Below are positions 49,181 through 58,463 of a stretch of DNA of 62,387 nucleotides, piece by piece. Position 1 is the stretch's first letter. Each line of letters opens with the position of its first letter. A program made the position numbers and the translations under genes. Below the pieces are notes generated by a model. It searched no databases and was not told the origin of the DNA. It saw only the letters and a program-made list of their open reading frames with translations. The stretch is from Thermomicrobiales bacterium. GTDB taxonomy: Bacteria > Chloroflexota > Chloroflexia > Thermomicrobiales > CFX8. Where the stretch lies: assembly GCA_035513175.1 (NCBI GenBank), contig DATKCN010000294.1, positions 1-62,387 of the forward strand, read 5' to 3'.

Positions 49181-49786
49181 TTGGTCGGGGCCCGACGCCC
49201 AGGCGACGTTACCCGGTACGCCACCCAGGAGTGTCACACAATCGCCAGCTTGACTCAACGTGCGAAGCCCTCTCGCCTGCTGCTGTTGGGAGGCTCGACC
49301 ATCTTCGGCGTATTCGTTCTGGACCAGCTCACGAAGTGGGTGATCATCGAGACGATCGGCCCGGGGACGGGCCGGAGCAGCGTGGCAATCATTCCGGGTG
49401 TACTGGAGCTCGTCTTTGTTCGCAACACGGGCTCAGCATTCGGGCTGTTCCAAGGCAGCTCTGAGTTCCTGAAGATCGCCGCCGTGGTCGCCGTCGTGAT
49501 CCTGCTCGCGTATTACTTCCGGGCGGCCACTCGTGACTGGGTGATGTCATCTGCGCTTGGTCTACAGCTCGGCGGCGCGTTAGGAAACATCACCGATCGT
49601 TATCGGCACGGCTACGTGGTCGACTTTATCGACTTCCCCAGGTTCCCAACATTCAACGTCGCGGATTCAGCGATTACCATTGGCGTCGTCCTTTTGATAT
49701 TTGCTTTGTTGTTCAGGGACACGGACACGCGACGCGGCGACGAACACGCAAGCGAGCCACGACTGCCGGCCCACGAGGACGTATGA
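49181..49786 (+). CDS. lspA: lipoprotein signal peptidase (signal peptidase II)
   Basis: VRNTGSAFG, GGALGN..DR and FNVADSAITIG motifs are present. The start is uncertain (TTG 49250 is possible). Confidence 0.85.
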   Translation: MVGARRPGDVTRYATQECHTIASLTQRAKPSRLLLLGGSTIFGVFVLDQLTKWVIIETIGPGTGRSSVAIIPGVLELVFVRNTGSAFGLFQGSSEFLKIAAVVAVVILLAYYFRAATRDWVMSSALGLQLGGALGNITDRYRHGYVVDFIDFPRFPTFNVADSAITIGVVLLIFALLFRDTDTRRGDEHASEPRLPAHEDV

Positions 49787-50709
49787 GTGAACCGGATGTC
49801 TTCGTCCTGAAGATTGAGACTCCCCAGGCCTGTAATGGCGAGCGTCTCGATCGATTCGTCACCGATCGCTTGCCCGACACCAGCCGATCATATGTCCAGC
49901 GACTGATCGAGGAGGGCAACGTGCTTGTAAACGGCGCGCCGCCGCGACCGAGTTACCGTGTGTCTCCGGGGGACCTCATCGAAGTGCGTATTCCGCCACC
50001 CGGCGAGCCCATCGACATTTCTCCGGCCGTCGTCCCCATCCCCATTGTTTTCGAGGACGACGATGTGATCGTCTTCGACAAGCCAGCCGGGCTCGTTACC
50101 CATCCGGCGCCTGGCCACGAGCATGGCACGCTGGTGAACGTGCTGCGCTGGATCCGCCCGGACATTATCGTCCCTGGAACAGAACGGCCCGGCATCGTGC
50201 ATCGCCTCGACAAGGACACCTCCGGCCTGATCGTCGTGGTGAAGAATGAGCGAGCAAGGCTTGCGCTTCTCCGGCAATGGCAGCGGCGGGACGTTCTGAA
50301 ACAGTACATAACGCTCGTCCACGGCGGGCTGCCCGAAGACACGGCAACGGTTGACGCTCCCATCGGGCGTGATCCGCACAACCGCAAGCGCATGGCGGTC
50401 GTCCGTGACGGGCGACCGGCGATTACGCATCTTGCCACCCTCAAGCGATTCGCGGGCTACTCCCTGCTGGACGTGACGATTGAAACGGGCAGGACGCATC
50501 AGATTCGAGTTCACTGCGCGTTCCTGAAGCACCCGATCGCAGGTGACGCGTTGTACGGCGGTAGTTCGAGGGAGTTGCCGCTTGATCGACAGTTTCTCCA
50601 CGCACGGCGCCTGGTTCTGACATTACCCAGTGGTCAGCCCATCGACCTCGAAGCGCCTCTTCCAAGCGACTTGCGCGATGTGCTGACCATCCTTGAGGAA
50701 CGGCGATGA
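49783..50709 (+). CDS. rluD: RluA/RluD-family 23S rRNA pseudouridine synthase with an S4 domain
   Basis: S4-like N-terminus, catalytic HRLDKDTSGL and the KxY motif. lspA-rluD synteny is present, with a 4-nt overlap. Confidence 0.9.
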   Translation: MSEPDVFVLKIETPQACNGERLDRFVTDRLPDTSRSYVQRLIEEGNVLVNGAPPRPSYRVSPGDLIEVRIPPPGEPIDISPAVVPIPIVFEDDDVIVFDKPAGLVTHPAPGHEHGTLVNVLRWIRPDIIVPGTERPGIVHRLDKDTSGLIVVVKNERARLALLRQWQRRDVLKQYITLVHGGLPEDTATVDAPIGRDPHNRKRMAVVRDGRPAITHLATLKRFAGYSLLDVTIETGRTHQIRVHCAFLKHPIAGDALYGGSSRELPLDRQFLHARRLVLTLPSGQPIDLEAPLPSDLRDVLTILEERR

Positions 50710-51971
50710 CCATCGCAGACAGCGTGTCGGCGATCAGGGAGATCTACGAAGCAGCCGCGAAGCGTGTCCATGCGGGGGAGGCGGTGCGCAGAAGCTTGAA
50801 GATCGGCAAGGACGGGATGCTTCAGATTGTGGGCGTAAGCGCCCCGATCCCACCGCAGGGCGTCCATGTCATTGCCTTTGGCAAGGCGGCGCTCGGAATG
50901 ACGCTGGCCGCCGCGGACATTCTCGGGGACGCGTTAGCGGCCGGGATCGCGGTGACGAAAGACGAGCGTGCTGTCACGCCTGACCGCGTGCGTGTCTTTC
51001 GTGGGGCGCACCCAGTGCCCGGCGAGGATTCCGTCGCGGCAGGCGACGCGGTGCTGTCGTTTGCCCGTTCGATTCCGGCAGGATCCGTCGTCCTGTGCCT
51101 CATTTCCGGCGGCGGCTCGGCCCTCGTCGAGGTCCCGCGTGATGGCGTGACACTGGACACTCTTCAGGATGTCACCCGCGTGTTGCTGCGTGGCGGCGCG
51201 TCAATTCTCGAGATCAACGCGGTCCGTTCGAGGCTGAGCGCTTTCAAAGCCGGAGGGCTGCTGGCCGAGCTAGTTCATACGCGAGTTCACAATCTGATCG
51301 TGTCCGACGTGCTTGGGGACAACCTCCAGGCAATCGCCAGCGGACCGACCGTGCAACCGGCAGACGAAGGAAGTCCAGAAGACATCCTCAACCGACTTGG
51401 CATACAGATCGAGCTGCCGCAGAGGCACGACTCCGTTCGACACCTCGATCTGCATTCGGCGGTCATCGCGAACGTTTCCGTGGCGATCGACGCGGCGGCC
51501 GAGAAGGCGGCAGAACTGGGACACCAGCCGTTTGTGCTGACTCGCTCTATCGCCTCGGAAGCGCGCGAAGTTGGGCGACTCATCGCAGGGGTCCTGACCG
51601 ACTCCAGTCGCGGATTGACATCCGTTTCAACGGGCACGTGCCTGATCTGCGGGGGTGAGATGATCGTGAACCTGCGAGGAGATGGTGTAGGTGGCCGTAA
51701 TACTGAGGCCGCGCTGTCAGCGGCGATTGCGCTGAGGGGCGTCGACTCCTGTGCCGTTGGATTCCTGGCGACCGACGGCGACGATGGGGCCAGCGGAGCG
51801 GCGGGCGCGATCGTTCATGGCGCCACGGTTCCAGCCTGTGACGAGAGACGGGCCATTGACGCGCTCGAGAACAACGATTCGTTTTCGTATCTGCACGAGC
51901 GAGGCGCGACGGTAATCACCGGACCAACCGGCACGAACGTCAACGATCTGGTGATTGGCATCGTGAGCTGA
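50706..51971 (+). CDS. glycerate 2-kinase / hydroxypyruvate reductase-like (DUF4147 + MOFRL)
   Basis: FGKAA, ISGGGSAL, SGPT and the C-terminal GGE..V.L.G.G.GGRN and TDG.DG motifs are typical of the MOFRL family. Confidence 0.8.
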   Translation: MTIADSVSAIREIYEAAAKRVHAGEAVRRSLKIGKDGMLQIVGVSAPIPPQGVHVIAFGKAALGMTLAAADILGDALAAGIAVTKDERAVTPDRVRVFRGAHPVPGEDSVAAGDAVLSFARSIPAGSVVLCLISGGGSALVEVPRDGVTLDTLQDVTRVLLRGGASILEINAVRSRLSAFKAGGLLAELVHTRVHNLIVSDVLGDNLQAIASGPTVQPADEGSPEDILNRLGIQIELPQRHDSVRHLDLHSAVIANVSVAIDAAAEKAAELGHQPFVLTRSIASEAREVGRLIAGVLTDSSRGLTSVSTGTCLICGGEMIVNLRGDGVGGRNTEAALSAAIALRGVDSCAVGFLATDGDDGASGAAGAIVHGATVPACDERRAIDALENNDSFSYLHERGATVITGPTGTNVNDLVIGIVS

Positions 51972-52044
51972 AGCCGGTCGAACCGGAGAGTCGCTGCATG
52001 CTATAGTGCGCCCCAGGTTGACCGTCGGAAAGGACTCGTCATCA

Positions 52045-53748
52045 GTGAACGTAAGCGAAGCGATAGTCACCATCCTTGCCGACAGCGGGGTCGAGCACGT
52101 CTTCGGTCTCCCCGGCGACACCGGCATGGATTTCTATGACGCGTTGTATCGTAGTGAAGGACGAATCACACACGTCCTGACGCGCGACGAACGCTCAGCG
52201 TCGTTCATGGCGGATGCCTACGCGCGCGTCAGTGGCACGATCGGCGTCTGCGAAGGACCCAGCGGTGGCGGAGCTACCTATATCGTGCCCGGCGTCGCGG
52301 AAGCTCAGGGATCGTGCGTCCCTCTCATCTGCCTGACTTCGGATACCCCGATAAGCGAAGATGGTCGCGGCGTGCTGACGGAGCTCGACCAGCAAGCGCT
52401 ATTCGCGCCGATCACGAAGTGGTCCGCACGCATGACAACCGCAGACACAGCGCCGGATGTCGTGCGGCGTGCGATTCGGCTCGCGACATCGGATCGGAGC
52501 GGCGCCGTATCGATCTCGATGCCCGCGGACGTGCTTGGCGCCGACGTGGACGTTACTAACGTCTATGGCGTGCCCGATTTTGTTCGCGCTCCGTCATCCC
52601 GCGTACGTCCTGATCCGGAACATGTTAACCGCGCGGCCGACATCATTCGCGCCGCCAGATCGCCGGTGATTGTCGCCGGTGGCGGGGTGATCATTTCTCG
52701 AGCGTGGGACGCGCTGACGCGGTTCGCTGAGCTCGCCTCGATTCCAGTTGGGACATCGATTAACGGAAAAGGCAGCATCGCTGAGACGCACCCGCTGAGC
52801 CTCGGGGTCGTTGGTGGAAACGGTGCGAGACCGTATGCCAACCGGGTCGTTGCGGACTGCGATGTGCTCGTCCTGGTGGGGACACGCACGGACTCGACGA
52901 CGACTCTCAACTGGACGCTGCCGAAGCGGGAGCCCGGACGGACCGTCGTACACATCGACATTGACGCCTGGCAGATCGGCAACAACTACGAGACCAAGGT
53001 CGGTCTCTTTGGAGATGCACGAGCGGCCATCGAGGATCTCACCTCCGCGCTGGGCACGATGACGCATGATTCCGCGACATCGCTCCGAATCGAGGAGATG
53101 GGCGCGTCGAAACAGCGCTATTTCGACGAACAGGCAGAGTTCATGAGATCCGACGCTCGGCCGATAAAGCCGCAGCGCGTAATTTCCACGCTGAAACGAC
53201 TCCTGCCGGATAACGCCGTGCTCGTTGCTGACCCCGGCACACCGACTCCGTTTATCGGCGCCCAGTATCTGCTACCGCGACCGGGCAGGTGGACGGTCAT
53301 CCCACGTGCGCACGGGGGTCTGGGCTACGCCCTGCCCGCATGTGTCGGCGCTCATTTCGCCCGGCCACAGGGACGGACGGTCAGCCTCCTGGGTGACGGC
53401 TCGTTCGGGATGTCCGTCGGCGAGCTCGAGACGATCTCCCGGCTCAATTTACCGATCGTGCTCGTACATTTCAACAACGGCTGTTTCGGGTGGATCAAGG
53501 AGCTGCAGCACCTGTACCACGAGCGCCGCTACTTCTCGGTCGATTTCAATCCGGTCGACTATGCTGGCATCGCTCGAGGTTTCGGGCTCGCGTCATGGCA
53601 CGTGGCTGATCCTGTGGACCTGGAGGGTGTCTTGCGGTCGGCGCTGGATCACGGCGGGCCTGCCTTCATCGATGTCGTCACTGAAGCTGCGATGACCGAG
53701 ACTCCGCCGGTGCACGCCTGGCTCGAAGCCGTGGGCGCGAGTACCTGA
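52045..53748 (+). CDS. thiamine diphosphate-dependent enzyme (acetolactate synthase large-subunit-like)
   Basis: N-terminal Pyr domain (VFGLPGD...RDERSASFMADAYAR) and the ThDP motif GDGSFGM...NNG. The GTG at 52045 is preceded by GGAAAGGA. Confidence 0.85.
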   Translation: MNVSEAIVTILADSGVEHVFGLPGDTGMDFYDALYRSEGRITHVLTRDERSASFMADAYARVSGTIGVCEGPSGGGATYIVPGVAEAQGSCVPLICLTSDTPISEDGRGVLTELDQQALFAPITKWSARMTTADTAPDVVRRAIRLATSDRSGAVSISMPADVLGADVDVTNVYGVPDFVRAPSSRVRPDPEHVNRAADIIRAARSPVIVAGGGVIISRAWDALTRFAELASIPVGTSINGKGSIAETHPLSLGVVGGNGARPYANRVVADCDVLVLVGTRTDSTTTLNWTLPKREPGRTVVHIDIDAWQIGNNYETKVGLFGDARAAIEDLTSALGTMTHDSATSLRIEEMGASKQRYFDEQAEFMRSDARPIKPQRVISTLKRLLPDNAVLVADPGTPTPFIGAQYLLPRPGRWTVIPRAHGGLGYALPACVGAHFARPQGRTVSLLGDGSFGMSVGELETISRLNLPIVLVHFNNGCFGWIKELQHLYHERRYFSVDFNPVDYAGIARGFGLASWHVADPVDLEGVLRSALDHGGPAFIDVVTEAAMTETPPVHAWLEAVGAST

Positions 53749-53761
53749 GAGCAGGACCTCA

Positions 53762-54670
53762 TTGTCCAGGCCGCTGCTGCTCGACGTTGACACCGGAGTG
53801 GACGACGCGATCGCCATTGCTCTGGCCACCCGACTCGTTGACCACTCGCTCGTAGCGGTCACGACCGTTGCTGGAAACGTACCGATCGAGTTCGCCACGG
53901 ACAACACGCTGAAAGTGCTCGCATGGCTCAAGCAGGACATCCCCGTCTACCGCGGAGCCAGCGAGCCGCTCGTGCGCGCGCTGCACACGGCTCGTGAGCA
54001 CCACGGTCATGACGGGCTGGGTGGCTGGACGCTACCATCCGCGCAAACCGGCGTTCAGGAGCAGACTGCGCCGGAAGCTATCGTTCGGCTTGCCCGCGAG
54101 CACAGGGGCGACATCACCTTCGTTTTTGTTGGCCCGCTGACCAACCTCGCGATCGCGCTGAATCTCGAACCTCGTATCGCCGACTGGGTTCACCGGCTCG
54201 TCATCATGGGAGGCGCGTTCTTTGGCCCTGGAAACGTCACGTCCGATGCAGAATTCAACATCTTCGTCGATCCTGAGGCAGCGGCAGCCGTGGCTCGCTC
54301 AGGCGTGCGCGCGACGTGGGTCGGGCTCGACGTGAGTCATCAGACGTCGATCTCGTCCGGACAGTGGGCTCGGCTGGCGGGCCCCGACGAGGGTGGATTG
54401 ACACTGGTCAGGGAAGTCACGCGCCAAGCGTTGACTGAGTTGGGACGCGCGGCAATCCATTTGCATGATCCGCTCGCGGTCGCAGTGGCCGAGCGACCGC
54501 AGATCTGCACATATTTCACCGGCGACGTTGGGATCGACACCGGACACGTACAACGCGGGAAGACCCGCGTCACAACATCGGTTGGCCCGACTGCTTCCGC
54601 GAACGTCGCGCGCGAGGTCGATCAACACGGGTTCGACACCGTGCTTCGAATGTTGGTCGATCGTTCGTGA
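53762..54670 (+). CDS. inosine/uridine-preferring nucleoside hydrolase family protein
   Basis: N-terminal fingerprint LLLDVDTGVDDAIAI, GPLTNLA, and H..D at HLHDPLAV. Confidence 0.9.
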   Translation: MSRPLLLDVDTGVDDAIAIALATRLVDHSLVAVTTVAGNVPIEFATDNTLKVLAWLKQDIPVYRGASEPLVRALHTAREHHGHDGLGGWTLPSAQTGVQEQTAPEAIVRLAREHRGDITFVFVGPLTNLAIALNLEPRIADWVHRLVIMGGAFFGPGNVTSDAEFNIFVDPEAAAAVARSGVRATWVGLDVSHQTSISSGQWARLAGPDEGGLTLVREVTRQALTELGRAAIHLHDPLAVAVAERPQICTYFTGDVGIDTGHVQRGKTRVTTSVGPTASANVAREVDQHGFDTVLRMLVDRS

Positions 54671-54694
54671 CTTTGACGCCTTGACGACGAATGG

Positions 54695-55348
54695 GTGAAC
54701 GTACACAATGACACCGGACTGTTTTCTATCCTGCCTGGAACGGATGTGTGCGACGTGTTAGCCGGAGCTCAACTGATCGATCAGGTTCCTCTACAGGATG
54801 TGGACCTGTTGCAGCGCTTGAACCACTATTTCTCGACGCTAGACTTTCGCTTGCGCCAGGGCCAGGGATGGGTCATTTACAACACCGCCGGGACGCGTGC
54901 TGGCAGGATCACGCGGTTTCTGCATCAGGCGCTCCAGACTGCTGATGTTCCGTTCAGCCATTACTTCCTTCCGTGGCGGGACTTTGCGCTGACATCGTAT
55001 CTGGTCGAGGTCGAGCTGCGAGACGTGGACGGTCGAGACCACACGCTGACCGATCGTGTCAAGCATGAATATGCGATTGCCACGAACGTGTCGCGGCAGA
55101 CGCTTGCGCGGATGGTGACTGCCGATTTATTGATATTGAGCGGGCTCGCTCCGCAACATCAGCACGAGGTCTCGTATCTCGACGAGACGATCGAGCGCAG
55201 GTACAAAGGACGCCTTGCGACCATACTGCTGACGCCGGGGCAACCTCACGAGTTGGCGCTGAGCGTCAGCCAGCTGGCAGACGAAGGCGAGCAGACCTGG
55301 CTCCGCCTGGCGACACGTCTGTACGAAACCAACCTCATCGCCGTCTGA
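54695..55348 (+). CDS. hypothetical protein with a DnaC/IstB-like AAA+ layout but degenerate Walker A and B motifs
   Basis: GWVIYNTAGTRAGRITRFL lies where GxxGxGKT is expected. ADLLILSGL lies where DLLILDDxG is expected. IERRYKGRLATILLT..RLATRLYE mirrors the Ry..ptiiTsN..RL C-terminus of helicase loaders. Local GC is about 52% in a hand-counted 100 nt. Confidence 0.45.
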   Translation: MNVHNDTGLFSILPGTDVCDVLAGAQLIDQVPLQDVDLLQRLNHYFSTLDFRLRQGQGWVIYNTAGTRAGRITRFLHQALQTADVPFSHYFLPWRDFALTSYLVEVELRDVDGRDHTLTDRVKHEYAIATNVSRQTLARMVTADLLILSGLAPQHQHEVSYLDETIERRYKGRLATILLTPGQPHELALSVSQLADEGEQTWLRLATRLYETNLIAV

Positions 55349-55406
55349 TGCGGCACGCGTTGGACAGGTGGAGGATGTTCCTGGCCGGCTTGACGCGCGG
55401 TGGTCG

Positions 55407-56384
55407 TCAGAATGTGCGATCGAGCGCAAGGTCGGCGAAGGCTGAAAGCTGGCGTGCCACATCCTGGTCCGGAAGGCTTGCCAATCGCGCTCGCGCATGA
55501 TCGGCATACTCACGCGCGGCGTCAAGCGCGGCATCAACGGCGCCGGACTCGGCGATCATCGTCGCAACGGCGAGATAGTCTTCATCTGTCACGCCGTCTC
55601 CTGCCACGACTCGGTGCAGTTCGGCTGTCCTTGGGCCTCCCCCGTCGTCTGAGAGGAACAGCATCGTCGGCAACGTGATCGTGCCCTGTCGCAAGTCGAG
55701 GTTTGCCGGTTTCCCGGTTGTGTCGGACATCGCACGCAGGTCGAGCACGTCGTCAACGATCTGAAACGCCATGCCGACTTCGCCGCCAAACGCGCGCAGG
55801 ATCCGAATGTGTTCCTCTTCGGCGCCACTCAGGATCGCGCCCATCTCCGCGGATCCCGCGAACAACGATGCCGTCTTTCCGTAAATGCGCCGCTCGTACT
55901 CCTCGCGAGATTGATCGAGCCGGTGCGCCGTAAAGACTTCTCGGAGCTGACCGTCGCAGATGTCGGCGAGCGTTGAGGCAAACACCGCGACAACCCGTGG
56001 ATTCATCGTCGCGGCCGCCAGAATGGCTGATTGCGCGAACAGATAATCGCCCATGAGGATCACGGTCCCGCTGTCGAACATCGAATTCAGCGTCGGCTGC
56101 CCTCGCCTGAGCTGTGAACGGTCGATCGTGTCATCGTGTACCAGCGACGCGGTATGAAGCATCTCGACACCGGCCGCGGCCGGGATGAGCGCTTCGAGAT
56201 CGTAATCCCACGACTTTGCCGAAAGTAACAGGAGGAGGGGGCGAAGGCGTTTGCCGCCGGAACTGATAATCGCCTGCAGGATTGTGCCAAGCTGGGGAAA
56301 CTCCACTTTTGCAGCAAGGCGCACACGGTCCTCGACGCGAGCCAGATCATCGTGGAGATTCTCGACGACGTCAGCAATCTCCAC
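55407..56384 (-). CDS. trans-polyprenyl diphosphate synthase (hepta/octaprenyl-type)
   Basis: First Asp-rich motif is LVHDDTID, second is IVDDVLD. 325 aa. Confidence 0.9.
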   Translation of the reverse strand: MEIADVVENLHDDLARVEDRVRLAAKVEFPQLGTILQAIISSGGKRLRPLLLLLSAKSWDYDLEALIPAAAGVEMLHTASLVHDDTIDRSQLRRGQPTLNSMFDSGTVILMGDYLFAQSAILAAATMNPRVVAVFASTLADICDGQLREVFTAHRLDQSREEYERRIYGKTASLFAGSAEMGAILSGAEEEHIRILRAFGGEVGMAFQIVDDVLDLRAMSDTTGKPANLDLRQGTITLPTMLFLSDDGGGPRTAELHRVVAGDGVTDEDYLAVATMIAESGAVDAALDAAREYADHARARLASLPDQDVARQLSAFADLALDRTF

Positions 56385-56680
56385 CGTAGCAGCAGATCCG
56401 TTCCTTCGCGAGCGTCAACCGCTCTCCGTGAGAATCGTCACAATGCCAGATTATACGGATCAGCGATTCCGGCGGTCAACGCTGCTCGCTTCGTCGCGCT
56501 GTCCCTTGCGTTGTACACTTCGGCCAACAGTGGGCGCGGGCTCTACCCTTGCGGCATGGTGCGTACGATCGAAGGATGGGATTCGAGCCCGCCCTTCGTT
56601 CAGAGTCCGTGCCAAACGGGTGATGATCGGATTATGAGTTCACAACGTAATTCGAGCTCCGCGGCTCCTCGGAGGTGTGA

Positions 56681-58450
56681 TTGATTCCCGAACGAACGCC
56701 ATTTGGCCGGCGACAACGCCGGTGGGACCGCATCAGTTGGTGGTACAGCCTGCTGTTTGCGCTCCCGCTCATCGGGCTGATTGTTACGCTGGCCGTCTCA
56801 GCTGGGGATGATGACTCGCTTACTGGCGTCGTTCTAGACGCGTACACGGGCAGCCCCGTTTCCGGTGCAATCGTTTCGACCGCACATGCGACCGCGACGA
56901 CGAACGGCAGTGGCGAGTTCTCTATTACCGACCTCACCGCGACCACACTGGCCGTCAGCCGCGAGGCATACGAGAGCACCGAGGTAGCCGTTACTGACGA
57001 CGCTGAAAGCATTGAAGTGAGCCTTCGTCCCACGACGGTGAGCGGAATCGTCACCCATCGACGCACCCTTGAGCCGCTATCCGGCATTGAGGTGAGAGCT
57101 GAAGGTCCTAACGGCGAGTCGTTTACGACGATGACCGACGATGACGGGCGATACACACTCGACGATATTCCGGCCGGAGCCACGATCTCAGTTCATTACG
57201 AAGGATTCACGGTCGCGTCCCGCCTCATCGGCGAGGACGTGGATCTTGACTTCGAGATCCGTCCCGACGTGCTGTCAGGACGCGTGACGGATCAGGCGGG
57301 CGTCCCTCTGGAGGGCGCGAGTGTGGCAATTGGTGAGGCAATTGTCACAACTGAGCCTGACGGCACGTTCCGTCTTGGCGCCGTTCCGGAATCGGGGGTC
57401 ATAACCGTCAAGAAAGCCGGGTATCGCGATCTCTCCGGCGAGTTGCCGGAGTCGCTCGTGTTCAATGCCCAACTGGAAGAGTTCAGGGTGAAGGCGATCT
57501 ACGTGACTGCCAACACGGCTGCCCTCGACTACCGGTGGGAAGAAATGCTCGCGGTCGTCGAGAGCACCGAGGTGAACGCGATCGTTCTCGACCTGAAGGA
57601 CTCTGTCGGACTGGTTTACTACGACACCAACGTTGTGATGGCACATGAAATCGGCGCAGTCTCACCAATCCTGGACATCGAACAGCGGCTCGGTGACATG
57701 CAGGAGCGCGGCATTTATACTATCGCGCGCATTGTCGTCTTTGAAGACCCGCTACTGGCACAAGCTCGTCCCGATCTGGCCATACACGATACCGCCACTG
57801 GCGGTCTTTGGAAGACCTGGAACGGGCTCGCATGGGTGAACGCGCACGAGCGCGAAGTTTGGCACTACAACATCGCGCTTGCCGTCGAGGCCGCGAACCT
57901 GGGATTCGACGAGATTCAGCTTGATTACATCAGGTTCCCATCTGACGGCATGCTCGAATTGGCCGACTATGGTCCCGAATATGCGGACAGCACACGCCTC
58001 GACGCGATCACTGGCTTTCTGGCCGAGATGCAGCAGGCGCTCGCGCCTACCGGAGCCCTGCTCGCGGTCGACATTTTTGGCATCACAATGTGGGAAGAAG
58101 ATGATGGCGGCATTGGGCAGAATTTCGCGGCGATTGCGCCGTTCGTTGATGTCGTCTGCCCGATGATCTATCCATCACACTTCTATCCGGGAGCGATCGG
58201 ACTGGACATTCCAAACAATCACCCGTACGAGGTGATATACACCAGTCTCATGAGCGGCGCGGCGATGGTGCCGGAAGCCCGCGAGAAACTGCGACCATGG
58301 CTTCAGGACTTTTCGTATGGCGAGGGCATTGAGTACGGAGACATCGAGGTGCTCGCGCAGATTCGGGCCGCGGACGACTTCGGAGCTAATGGCTGGATGA
58401 TTTGGAACCCTGGCAACGAGTACCGCCTGGGTTCCTTCAACGGATCGTAA
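56681..58450 (+). CDS. membrane-anchored protein with carboxypeptidase-regulatory-like beta-sandwich repeats and a DUF4015/COG1306-type putative glycoside hydrolase domain
   Basis: N-terminal TM helix. The repeat 'GxVxD..G.P..GA.V' occurs 4 times. The TIM-barrel-like C-terminal part reads KAIYVT...NAIVLDLKD...ARIVVFEDP...GFDEIQLDYIRFP. The TTG start lies 5 nt after GGAGG. Confidence 0.7.
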   Translation: MIPERTPFGRRQRRWDRISWWYSLLFALPLIGLIVTLAVSAGDDDSLTGVVLDAYTGSPVSGAIVSTAHATATTNGSGEFSITDLTATTLAVSREAYESTEVAVTDDAESIEVSLRPTTVSGIVTHRRTLEPLSGIEVRAEGPNGESFTTMTDDDGRYTLDDIPAGATISVHYEGFTVASRLIGEDVDLDFEIRPDVLSGRVTDQAGVPLEGASVAIGEAIVTTEPDGTFRLGAVPESGVITVKKAGYRDLSGELPESLVFNAQLEEFRVKAIYVTANTAALDYRWEEMLAVVESTEVNAIVLDLKDSVGLVYYDTNVVMAHEIGAVSPILDIEQRLGDMQERGIYTIARIVVFEDPLLAQARPDLAIHDTATGGLWKTWNGLAWVNAHEREVWHYNIALAVEAANLGFDEIQLDYIRFPSDGMLELADYGPEYADSTRLDAITGFLAEMQQALAPTGALLAVDIFGITMWEEDDGGIGQNFAAIAPFVDVVCPMIYPSHFYPGAIGLDIPNNHPYEVIYTSLMSGAAMVPEAREKLRPWLQDFSYGEGIEYGDIEVLAQIRAADDFGANGWMIWNPGNEYRLGSFNGS

Positions 58451-58463
58451 CAAGCGCGATCAG

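Noticed and set aside
56560-56600. tRNA-like T-arm sequence GGGATTCGAGCCCGCC, a possible tRNA gene or att remnant.
   Set aside because: The flanks cannot form acceptor, D or anticodon arms. The only enclosing helix spans 57 nt. There is no CCA or discriminator context on either strand.
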